Assembly: GCA_964016885.1 (NCBI GenBank)
Contig: OZ024744.1
Span: forward strand, 105,090,001-105,154,000
Length of the DNA: 64,000 nucleotides
Origin: Eledone cirrhosa
Taxonomy: Eukaryota
Direction of reading: 5' to 3'
Part shown: positions 39,401 through 51,749 of the stretch, in pieces
How the letters are laid out: every line of letters begins with the position of its first letter
How positions within the stretch are numbered: the first letter of the stretch is position 1
The notes under the pieces: model-generated
The model's database searches: none
Seen by the model: only the letters and a program-made list of their open reading frames with translations
Told to the model about the DNA's origin: nothing
Translations under genes and position numbers: made by a program

Positions 39401-40277
39401 CTAGTCTGTGTCTACAGTTGTATGCCGTCTATGACTAGTCTGTGTCTACAGTTGTATGCCGTCTATGACTAGTCTGATCCACGGTTGTATGCCGTCTATG
39501 ACTAGTCTGTGTCTTCGGTTGTATGCCGTTTCTGACTAGTCTGTGTCTACGGTTGTATGCCGTCTATGACTAGTCTGTGTCTAGAGTTGTATGCCGTCTA
39601 TGACTAGTCTGTGTCTACGGTTGTATGCCGTCTATGACTATTCTGTGTCTATGGCTGTATGCCGTCTATGACTAGTCTGTGTCTACGGTTGTATGCCGTC
39701 TATGACTAGTCTGATCCACGGTTGTATGCCGTCTATGACTAGTCTGATCCACGGTTGTATGCCGTCTATGACTAGTCTGTGTCTTCAGTTGTATGCCGTT
39801 TATGACTAGTCTGTGTCTACGGTTGTATGCCGTCTATGACTAGTCTGTGTCTACGGTTGTATGCCGTCTATGACTAGTCGGTGTGTACGGTTGTATGCCG
39901 TCTATGACTAGTCTGTGTCTACGGTTGTATGCCGTCTATGACTAGTCTGTGTCTACAGTTGTATGCCGTCTATGACTAGTCTGTGCCTACGGTTGTATGC
40001 CGTCTATGACTAGTATGTGTCTACGGTTGTATGCCGTCTATGACTAGTCTGTGTGTACGGTTGTATGCCGTCTATGACTAGTCTGTGTGTACGGTTGTAT
40101 GCCGTCTATGACTAGTTTGTGTCTACGGTTGTATGCCATCTATGACTAGTCTGTGTGTACGGTTGTATGCCGTCTATGACTAGTCTGTGTCTACGGTTGT
40201 ATGCCGTCTATGACTAGTCTGTGTCTACGGTTGTATGCCGTCTATGACTAGTCTGTGTCTACAGTTGTATGCCGTCT
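24480..40277. repeat. Three tandem copies of a ~5.3 kb higher-order repeat (156 monomers; middle copy 154): ~24480-29767, ~29768-34988, ~34989-40277
   Basis: GTATACGG marker at 24503, 29791 and 35012 (spacings 5,288 and 5,221). The ordered variants AGAATG, GTAATG, CCACGGTAG, GTTTCTGAC and CTAGAG recur in each copy. Length arithmetic fits: 156x34 - 15 = 5,289. Confidence 0.92.
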
Positions 40278-41539
40278 ATGACTAGTCTGTGTCTACGGTT
40301 GTATGCCGTCTATGACTAGTCTGTGTGTACGGTTGTATGCCGTCTATGACTAGTCTGTGTCTACAGTTGTATGCCGTCTATGACTAGTCTGTGTCTACGG
40401 TTGTATGCCGTCTATGACTAGTCTGTGTCTACGGTTGTATGCCGTCTATGACTAGTCTGTGTGTACGGTTGTATGCCGTCTATGACTAGTCTGTGTCTAC
40501 AGTTGTATGCCGTCTATCACTAGTCTGTGTCTACGGTTGTATGCGTCTATGACTAGTCTGTGTCTACGGTTGTATGCCGTCTATGACTAGTCTGTGTCTA
40601 CGGTTGTATGCTGTCTATGACTAGTCTGTGTCTACTGCTGTATGCAGTCTATGACTAGTCTGTGTCTACGGTTGTATGCAGGCTATGACTAGTCATTGTC
40701 TACGGTTGTATACCGTCTATGACTAGTCTGTGTGTACGGTTGTATGCCGTCTATGACTAGTCTGTGTCTACGGTTGTATGCCGTCTATGACTAGTCTGTG
40801 TGTACGGTTGTATGCCGTCTATGACTAGTCTGTGTCTACGGTTGTATGCCGTCTATGACTAGTCTGATCCACGGTTGTATGCCGTCTATGACTAGTCTGT
40901 GTCTACGGTTGTATGCCGTTTATGACTAGTCTGTGTCTACAGTTGTATGCCGTCTATGACTAGTCTGTGTCTACGGTTGTATACCATCTATGACTAGTCT
41001 GTGTCTACAGTTGTATGCCGTCTATGACTAGTCTGTGTGTACGGTTGTATGCCGTTTATGACTAGTCTGTGTGTACGGTTGTATGCCGTCTATGACTAGT
41101 CTGTGTGTACGGTTGTATGCCGTCTATGACTAGTCTGTGTCTACGGTTGTATGCCGTCTATGACTAGTCTGTGTCTACGGTTGTATGCCATCTATGACTA
41201 GTCTGAGTCTACGATTGTATGCCGTCTATGACTAGTCTGTGTTTACGGTTGTATGCCGTCTATGACTAGTCTGTGTCTACGGTTGTATGCCGTCTATGAC
41301 TAGTCTGTGTGTACGGTTGTATGCCGTCTATGACTAGTCTGTGTCTACAGTTGTATGCCGTCTCTGACTAGTCTGTGTCTACGGTTGTATGCCGTCTATG
41401 ACTAGTCTGTGTCTACGGTTGTATGCCGTCTATGACTAGTCTGTGTCTACGGTTGTATGCCGTCTATGACTAGTCTGTGTCTACAGTTGTATGCCGTCTC
41501 TGACTAGTCTGTGTCTACGATTGTATGCCGTCTATGACT

Positions 41540-44500
41540 AGTCTGTGTGTACGGTTGTATGCCATCTATGACTAGTCTGTGTGAACGATTGTATGCCATC
41601 TATGACTAGTCTGTGTGTACGGTTGTATGCCGTCTATGACTAGTCTGTGGCTACGGTTGTATTCCGTCCATGACTAGTCTGTGTCTACAGTTGTATGCCA
41701 TCTATGACTAGTCTGTGTCTACGGTTGTATGCCGTCTATGACTAGTCTGTGTCTACGGTTGTATGCCGTCTATGACTAGTCTGTGTCTACAGTTGTATGC
41801 CGTCTCTGACTAGTCTGTGTCTACGGTTGTATGTCGTCTATGACTAGTCTGTGTGTACGGTTGTATGCCATCTATGACTAGTCTGTGTGTACAGTTGTAT
41901 GCCGTCTATGACTAGTCTGTGTCTACGGTTGTATGCCGTCTATGACTAGTCTGTGTGTACGGTTGTATGCAGTCTATGACTAGTCTGTGTCTACGTTTGT
42001 ATGCCGTCTATGACTAGTCTGTGTCTACGGTTGTATGCCGTCTATGACTAGTCTGTGTCTACAGTTGTATGCCGTCTATGACTAGTCTGTGTCTACGGTT
42101 GTATGCCGTCTATGACTAGTCTGTGTCTACGGTTGTATGCCGTCTATGACTAGTCTGTGTGTACGGTTGTATGCCGTCTATGACTAGTCTGTGTCTACGG
42201 TTGTATGCCATCTATGACTAGTCTGTGTGTACGGTTGTATGCCGTCTATGACTAGTCTGTGTCTACAGTTGTATGCCGTCTATGACTAGTCTGTGTATAC
42301 GGTTGTATGCCGTCTATGACTAGTCTGTGTATACGGTTGTATGCCATCTATGACTAGTCTGTGTCTACCGTTGTATGCCGTCTATGACTAGTGTGTGTCT
42401 ACAGTTGTATGCGGTCTATGACTAGTCTGTGTCTACGGTTGTATGCCGTCTATGACTAGTCTGTGTGTACGGTTGTATGCCGTCTATGACTAGTCTGTGT
42501 CTACGGTTGTATGCCGTCTATGACTAGTCTGTGTCTACGGTTGTATTCGGTGTATGACTAGTCTGTGTCTACGGTTGTATGCCGTCTATGACTAGTCTGT
42601 GTGTACGGTTGTATACCGTCCATGACTAGTCTGAGTCTACGGTTGTATGCCGTCTATGAATAGTCTGTGTGTACGGTTGTATGCCGTCTATGACTAGTCT
42701 GTGTCTACGGTTGTATGCCGTCTATGACTAGTCTGTGTGTACGGTTGTATGCCGTCTATGACTAGTCAGTGTATACGGTTGTATGCCGTCTATGACTAGT
42801 CTGTGTCTACGGTTGTATGTCGTCTATGACTAGTCTGTGTCTACAGTTGTATGCCGTATATGACTAGTCTGTGTCTACGGTTGTATGCCGTCTATGACTA
42901 GTCTGTGTCTACAGTTGTATGCCGTCTCTGACTAGTCTGTGTCTACGGTTGTATGTCGTCTATGACTAGTCTGTGTGTACGGTTGTATGCCATCTATGAC
43001 TAGTCTGTGTGTACAGTTGTATGCCGTCTATGACTAGTCTGTGTCTACGGTTGTATGCCGTCTATGACTAGTCTGTGTCTACGGTTGTATGCCGTCTATG
43101 ACTAGTCTGTGGCTACGGTTGTATGCCATCTATGACTAGTCTGTGTGTACGGTTGTATGCCGTCTATGACTAGTCTGTGTCTAAAGTTGTATGTCGTCTA
43201 TGACTACTCTGTGTCTACGGTTGTATGCCGTCAATGACTAGTCTGTGTCTACGGTTGTATGCCGTCTATGACTAGTATGTGTCTACGGTTGTATGCCGTC
43301 TATGACTAGTCTGTGTGTACGGTTGTATGCAGTCTATGACTAGTCTGTGTCTACTGTTGTATGCCGTCTATGACTAGGCTGTGTGTACGGTTGTATGCAG
43401 TCTATGACTAGTCTGAGTCTACGGTTGTATGTAGTCTATGACTAGTCTGTGTGTACGGTTGTATGCCGTCTATGACTAGTCTGTGTCTACGGTTGTATGC
43501 CGTCTATGACTAGTCTGTGTCTACAGTTGTATGCCGTCTATGACTAGTCTGTGTCTACGGTTGTATGCCGTCTATGACTAGTCTGTCTACAGTTGTATGC
43601 CGTCTATGACTAGTGTGTGTCTACGGTTGTATACCGTCTATGACTAGTCTGTGTCTACGGTTGTATGCAGTCCATGACTAGTCTGTGTCTACGGTTGTAT
43701 GCCGTCTATGACTAGTCTGTGTCTACGGTTGTATGCCGTCTATGACTAGTCTGTGTCTACAGTTGTATGCCGTCTATGACTAGTCTGTGTCTTCGGTTGT
43801 ATGCCCTCTATGACTAGTCTGTGTCTACGGTTGTATGCCGTCTATGACTAGTCTGTGTCTACAGTTGTATGCCGTCTATGACTAGTCTGTGTCTACGGTT
43901 GTATGCCGTCTATGACTAGTCTGTGTGTACGGTTGTATGCAATCTATGACTAATCTGTGTCTACGGTTGTATGCCGTCTATGACTAGTCTGTGTGTACGG
44001 TTGTATGCCGTCTATGACTAGTCTGTGTCTACGGTTGTATGCCATCTATGACTAGTCTGTGTGTACGTTTGTATGCCGTCTATGACTAGTGTGTGTCTAC
44101 AGTTGTATGCCGTATATGACTAGTCTGTGTCTACGGTTGTATGCCGTCTATGACTAGTCTGTGTCTACGGTTGTATGCCGTCTATGACAAGTCTGTGTCT
44201 ACGGTTGTATGCCGTCTATGACTAGTCTGTGTCTACAGTTGTATGCGGTCTATGACTAGTCTGTGTCTACGGTTGTATGCCGTCTATAACTAGTCTGTGT
44301 GTACGGTTGTATGCCCTCTATGACTAGTCTGTGTCTACGGTTGTATGCCGTCTGTCACTAGTCTGTGTGTACGGTTGTATGCCGTCTATGACTAGTCTGT
44401 GTCTACGGTTGTATTCGGTCTATGACTAGTCTGTGTCTACGGTTGTATGCCGTCTATGACTAGTCTGTGTCTACGGTTGTATGCCGTCTATGACTAGTCT

Positions 44501-47500
44501 GTGTCTACGGTTGTATGCCGTCTATGACTAGTCTGTGTGCACGGTTGTATGCCGTCTATGACTAGTCTGTGTCTACGATTGTATGCCGTCTATGCCTAGT
44601 CTGTGTCTACGGTTGTATGCAGTCTATGACTAGTCTGATCCACGGTTGTATGCCGTCTATGACTAGTGTGTGTCTTCGGTTGTATGCCGTCTATGACTAG
44701 TCTGTGTCTACGGTTGTATGCCGTCTATGACTAGTCTGTGTCTACAGTTGTATGCCGTCTATGACTAGTCTGTGTATACGGTTGTATGCCGTCTATGACT
44801 AGTCTGTGTGTACGGTTGTATGCCATCTATGACTAGTCTGTGTGAACGATTGTATGCCATCTATGACTAGTCTGTGTGTACGGTTGTATGCCGTCTATGA
44901 CTAGTCTGTGGCTACGGTTGTATGCCGTCCATGACTAGTCTGTGTCTACAGTTGTATGCCATCTATGACTAGTCTGTGGCTACGGTTGTATGCCGTCCAT
45001 GACTAGTCTGTGTCTACAGTTGTATGCCATCTATGACTAGTCTGTGTCTACAGTTGTATGCCGTCTCTGACTAGTCTGTGTCTACGGTTGTATGCCGTCT
45101 ATGACTAGTCTGTGTCTACGGTTGTATGCCATCTATGACTAGTCTGTGTGTACGGTTGTATGCCATCTATGACTAGTCTGTGTGTACGGTTGTATGCCGT
45201 CTATGACTAGTCTGTGTCTACGGTTGTATGCCGTCTATGACTAGTCTGTGTGTACGGTTGTATGCAGTCTATGACTAGTCTGTGTCTACGTTTGTATGCC
45301 GTCTATGACTAGTCTGTGTCTACGGTTGTATGCCGTCTATGACTAGTCTGTGTCTACAGTTGTATGCCGTCTATGACTAGTCTGTGTCTACGGTTGTATG
45401 CCGTCTATGACTAGTCTGTGTCTACGGTTGTATGCCGTCTATGACTAGTCTGTGTGTACGGTTGTATGCCGTCTATGACTAGTCTGTGTCTACGGTTGTA
45501 TGCCATCTATGACTAGTCTGTGTGTACGGTTGTATGTCGTCTATGACTAGTCTGTGTCTACAGTTGTATGCCGTCTATGACTAGTCTGTGTATACGGTTG
45601 TATGCCGTCTATGACTAGTCTGTGTCTACGGTTGTATGCCATCTATGACTAGTCTGTGTCTACCGTTGTATGCCGTCTATGACTAGTGTGTGTCTACAGT
45701 TGCATGCGGTCTATGACTAGTCTGTGTCTACGGTTGTATGCCGTCTATGACTAGTCTGTGTGTACGGTTGTATGCCGTCTATGACTAGTCTGTGTCTACG
45801 GTTGTATGCCGTCTATGACTAGTCTGTGTCTACGGTTGTATTCGGTGTATGACTAGTCTGTGTCTACGGTTGTATGCCGTCTATGACTAGTCTGTGTGTA
45901 CGGTTGTATACCGTCCATGACTAGTCTGAGTCTACGGTTGTATGCCGTCTATGAATAGTCTGTGTGTACGGTTGTATGCCGTCTATGACTAGTCTGTGTC
46001 TACGGTTGTATGCCGTCTATGACTAGTCTGTGTGTACGGTTGTATGCCGTCTATGACTAGTCTGTGTATACGGTTGTATGCCGTCTATGACTAGTCTGTG
46101 TCTACGGTTGTATGCCGTCTATGACTAGTCTGTGTCTACAGTTGTATGCCGTCTATGACTAGTCTGTGTCTACGGTTGTATGCCGTCTATGACTAGTCTC
46201 TGTCTACAGTTGTATGCCGTCTCTGACTAGTCTGTGTCTACGGTTGTATGCCGTCTATGACTAGTCTGTGTCTACGGTTGTATGCCGTCTATGACTAGTC
46301 TGTGTGTACGGTTGTATGCCGTCTATGACTAGTCTGTGTCTACAGTTGTATGTCGTCTATGACTACTCTGTGTCTACGGTTGTATGCCGTCAATGACTAG
46401 TCTGTGTCTACGGTTGTATGCCGTCTATGACTAGTATGTGTCTACGGTTGTATGCCGTCTATGACTAGTCTGTGTGTACGGTTGCATGCAGTCTATGACT
46501 AGTCTGTGTCTACTGTTGTATGCCGTCTATGACTAGGCTGTGTGTACGGTTGTATGCAGTCTATGACTAGTCTGTGTCTACGGTTGTATGCCGTCTATGA
46601 CTAGTCTGTGCGTACGGTTGTATGCAGTCTATGACTAGTCTGTGTCTACGGTTGTATGCCATCTATGACTAGTCTGTGTGTACGGTTGTATGCAGTCTAT
46701 GACTAGTCTGTGTCTACAGTTGTATGCCGTATATGACTAGTCTGAGTCTACGGTTGTATGCAGTCTATGACTAGTCTGTGTGTACGGTTGTATGCCGTCT
46801 ATGACTAGTCTGTGTCTACGGTTGTATGCCGTCTATGACTAGTCTGTGTCTACAGTTGTATGCCGTCTATGACTAGTCTGTGTCTACGGTTGTATGCCGT
46901 CTATGACTAGTCTGTGTCTACAGTTGTATGCCGTCTATGACTAGTGTGTGTCTACGGTTGTATACCGTCTATGACTAGTCTGTGTCTACGGTTGTATGCA
47001 GTCTATGACTAGTCTGTGTCTACGGTTGTATGCCGTCTATGACTAGTCTGTGTCTACGGTTATATGCCGTCTATGACTAGTCTGTGTCTACAGTTGTATG
47101 CCGTCTATGACTAGTCTGTGTCTTCGGTTGTATGCCCTCTATGACTAGTCTGTGTCTACGGTTGTATGCCGTCTATGACTAGTCTGTGTCTACAGTTGTA
47201 TGCCGTCTATGACTAGTCTGTGTCTACGGTTGTATGCCGTCTATGACTAGTCTGTGTGTACGGTTGTATGCAATCTATGACTAATCTGTGTCTACGGTTG
47301 TATGCCGTCTATGACTAGTCTGTGTGTACGGTTGTATGCCGTCTATGACTAGTCTGTGTCTACGGTTGTATGTCATCTATGACTAGTCTGTGTGTACGGT
47401 TGTATGCCGTCTATGACTAGTGTGTGTCTACAGTTGTATGCCGTCTATGACTAGTCTGTGTCTACGGTTGTATGCCGTCTATGACTAGTCTGTGTCTACG

Positions 47501-48050
47501 GTTGTATGCCGTCTATGACAAGTCTGTGTCTACGGTTGTATGCCGTCTATGACTAGTCTGTGTCTACAGTTGTATGCGGTCTATGACTAGTCTGTGTCTA
47601 CGGTTGTATGCCGTCTATAACTAGTCTGTGTGTACGGTTGTATGCCCTCTATGACTAGTCTGTGTCTACGGTTGTATGCCGTCTGTCACTAGTCTGTGTG
47701 TACGGTTGTATGCCGTCTATGACTAGTCTGTGTCTACGGTTGTATTCGGTCTATGACTAGTCTGTGTCTACGGTTGTATGCCGTCTATGACTAGTCTGTG
47801 TCTACGGTTGTATGCCGTCTATGACTAGTCTGTGTCTACGGTTGTATGCCGTCTATGACTAGTCTGTGTGCACGGTTGTATGCCGTCTATGACTAGTCTG
47901 TGTCTACGGTTGTATGCCGTCTATGCCTAGTCTGTGTCTACGGTTGTATGCAGTCTATGACTAGTCTGATCCACGGTTGTATGCCGTCTATGACTAGTGT
48001 GTGTCTTCGGTTGTATGCCGTCTATGACTAGTCTGTGTCTACGGTTGTAT
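41540..48050. repeat. Tandem duplication with ~3.26-3.30 kb period (96-97 monomers), with monomer-scale indels between copies
   Basis: GTGAACGA at 41581/44842 (3,261); TTCGGTGTATG at 42546/45841 (3,295); CTACCG and GCAATC variants are also present once in each copy. Confidence 0.8.
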
Positions 48051-50705
48051 GCCGTCTATGACTAGTCTGTGTCTACGGTTGTATGCCATCTATGACTAGT
48101 CTGTGTGTACGGTTGTATGCCGTCTATGACTAGTCTGTGTCTACGGTTGTATGTCGTCTATGAAAAGTCTGTGTCTACGGTTGTATGCCGTCTATGACTA
48201 GTCTGTGTCTACGGTTGTATGCCGTCTATGACTAGTCTGAGTCTACGGTTGTATGGCGTCTATGACTAGTCTGTGTCTACGGTTGTATGCCGTCTATGAC
48301 TAGTCTGTGTCTACAGTTGTATGCCGTCTATGACTAGTCTGTGTCTACGGTTGTATGCCGTCTATGACTAGTCTGTGTCTACGGTTGTATGCCGTCTATG
48401 ACTAGTATGTGTCTACGGTTGTATGCCGTCTATGACTAGTCTGTGTGTACGGTTGTATGCAGTCTATGACTAGTCTGTGTCTACTGTTGTATGCCGTCTA
48501 TGACAAGTCTCTGTGTACGGTGGTATGCAGTCTATGACTAGTCTGTGTCTACGGTTGTATGCCGTCTATGACTAGTCTGTGTGTACGGTTGTATGCCGTC
48601 TATGACTAGTCTGTGTCTACGGTTGTATTCGGTCTATGACTAGTCTGTGTCTACGGTTGTATGCCGTCTATGACTAGTCTATGTCTACGGTTGTATGCTG
48701 TCTATGACTAGTCTGTGTGTACGGTTGTATGCCGTCTATGACTAGTCTGTGTGTACGGTTGTATGCCGTCTATGACTAGTCTGAGTCTACGGTTGTATGC
48801 CGTCTATGAATAGTCTGTGTGTACGGTTGTATGCCGTCTATGTCTAGTCTGTGTGTACGGTTGTATGCCGTCTATGACTAGTCTCTGTGTACGGTTGTAT
48901 GCCGTCTATGACTAGTCTGTGTATACGGTTGTATGCCGTCTATGACTAGTCTGTGTCTACGGTTGTATGCCGTCTATGACTAGTCTGTGTCTACAGTTGT
49001 ATGCCGTCTATGACTAGTCTGTGTCTACGGTTGTATGCCGTCTATGACTAGTCTGTGTCTACAGTTGTATGCCGTCTCTGACTAGTCTGTGTCTACGGTT
49101 GTATGCCGTCTATGACTAGTCTGTGTCTACGGTTGTATGCCGTCTATGACTAGTCTGTGTCTACATTTGTATGCCGTCTATGACTAGTCTGTGTCTACGG
49201 TTGTATGCCATCTATGACTAGTCTGTGTGTACGGTTGTATGCCGTCTATGACTTGTCTGTGTCTACAGTTGTATGTCGTCTATGACTACTCTGTGTCTAC
49301 GGTTGTATGCCGTCTATGACTAGTCTGTGTCTACGGTTGTATGCCGTCTATGACCAGTATGTGTCTACGGTTGTATGCCGTCTATGACTAGTCTATGTGT
49401 ACGGTTGTATGCAGTCTATGACTAGTCTGTGTCTACTGTTGTATGCCGTCTATGACTAGGCTGTGTGTACGGTTGTATGCAGTCTATGACTAGTCTGTGT
49501 CTACGGTTGTATGCCGTCTATGACTAGTCTGTGCGTACGGTTGTATGCAGTCTATGACTAGTCTGTGTCTACGGTTGTATGGCGTCTATGACTAGTTTGT
49601 GTCTACAGTTGTATGCCATCTATGACTAGTCTGTGTGTACGGTTGTATGCAGTCTATGACTAGTCTGTGTCTACAGTTGTATGCCGTCTATGACTAGTCT
49701 GAGTCTATGGTTGTATGCAGTCTATGACTAGTCTGTGTGTACGGTTGTATGCCGTCTATGACTAGTCTGTGTCTACGGTTGTATGCCGTCTATGACTAGT
49801 CTGTGTCTACAGTTGTATGCCGTCTATGACTAGTCTGTGTCTACGGTTGTATGCCGTCTATGACTAGTCTGTGACTACAGTTGTATGCCGTCTATGACTA
49901 GTGTTTGTCTACGGTTGTATACCGTCTATGACTAGTCTGTGTCTACGGTTGTATGCAGTCTATGACTAGTCTGTGTCTACGGTTGTATGCCGTCTATGAC
50001 TAGTCTGTGTCTACGGTTGTATGCCGTCTATGACTAGTCTGTGTCTACAGTTGTATGCCGTTTATGACTAGTCTGTGTCTTCGGTTGTATGCCCTCTATG
50101 ACTAGTCTGTGTCTACGGTTGTATGCCGTCTATGACTAGTCTGTGTCTACAGTTGTATGCCGTCTATGACTAGTCTGTGTCTACGGTTGTATGCCGTCTA
50201 TGACTAGTCTGTGTGTACGGTTGTATGCAGTCTATGACTAATCTGTGTCTACGGTTGTATGCCGTCTATGACTAGTCTGTGTCTACGGTTGTATGCCGTC
50301 TATGACTAGTCTGTGTCTACAGTTGTATGCCGTCTATGACTAGTCTGTGTCTACGGTTGTATGCCGTCTATGACTAGTCTGTGTCTACGGTTGTATGCCG
50401 TCTATGACTAGTCTGTGTGTACGGTTGTATACCGTCTATGACTAGTCTGTGTCTACGGTTGTATGCCGTCTATGACAAGTCTGTGTCTACGGTTGTATGC
50501 CGTCTATGACTAGTCTGTGTCTACAGTTGTATGCGGTCTATGACTAGTCTGTGTCTACGGTTGTATGCCGTCTATAACTAGTCTGTGTGTACGGTTGTAT
50601 GCCCTATATGACTAGTCTGTGTCTACGGTTGTATGCCGTCTGTGACTAGTCTGTGTGTACGGTTTTATGCCGTCTATGACTAGTCTGTGTCTACGGTTGT
50701 ATTCG
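47370..50705. repeat. Distant copy of the 10330-13670 block (offset 37,037 bp)
   Basis: Same ordered markers as 10330-13670. I saw GAAAAG and GACCAG only in these two blocks. Confidence 0.88.
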
Positions 50706-51749
50706 GTCTATGAATAGTCTGTGTGTACAGTTGTATGCCGTCTATGACTAGTCTGTGTCTACGGTTGTATGCCGTCTATGACTAGTCTGTGTGTACGGTT
50801 GTATGCCGTCTATGACTAGTCTGTGTATACGGTTGTATGCCGTCTATGACTAGTCTGTGTCTACGGTTGTATGCCGTCTATGACTAGTCTGTGTCTACAG
50901 TTGTATGCCGTCTATGACTAGTCTGTGTCTACGGTTGTATGCCGTCTATGACTAGTCTGTGTCTACAGTTGTATGCCGTCTCTGACTAGTCTGTGTCTAC
51001 GGTTGTATGCCGTCTATGACTAGTCTGTGTCTACGGTTGTATGCCGTCTATGACTAGTCTGTGTCTACGGTTGTATGCCGTCTATGACTAGTCTGTGTCT
51101 ACGGTTGTATGCCATCTATGACTAGTCTGTGTGTACGGTTGTATGCCGTCTATGACTAGTCTGTGTCTACAGTTGTATGTCGTCTATGACTACTCTGTGT
51201 CTACGGTTGTATGCCGTCAATGACTAGTCTGTGTCTACGGTTGTATGCCGTCTATGACTAGTATGTGTCTACGGTTGTATGCCGTCTATGACTAGTCTGT
51301 GTGTACGGTTGTATGCAGTCTATGACTAGTCTGTGTCTACTGTTGTATGCCGTCTATGACTAGGCTGTGTGTACGGTTGTATGCAGTCTATGACTAGTCT
51401 GTGTCTACGGTTGTATGCCGTCTATGACTAGTCTGTGCGTACGGTTGTATGCAGTCTATGACTAGTCTGTGTCTACGGTTGTATGGCGTCTATGACTAGT
51501 CTGTGTCTACAGTTGTATGCCATCTATGACTAGTCTGTGTGTACGGTTGTATGCAGTCTATGACTAGTCTGTGTCTACAGTTGTATGCCGTATATGACTA
51601 GTCTGAGTCTACGGTTGTATGCAGTCTATGACTAGTCTGTGTGTACGGTTGTATGCCGTCTATGACTAGTCTGTGTCTACGGTTGTATGCCGTCTATGAC
51701 TAGTCTGTGTCTACATTTGTATGCCGTCTATGACTAGTCTGTGTCTACG

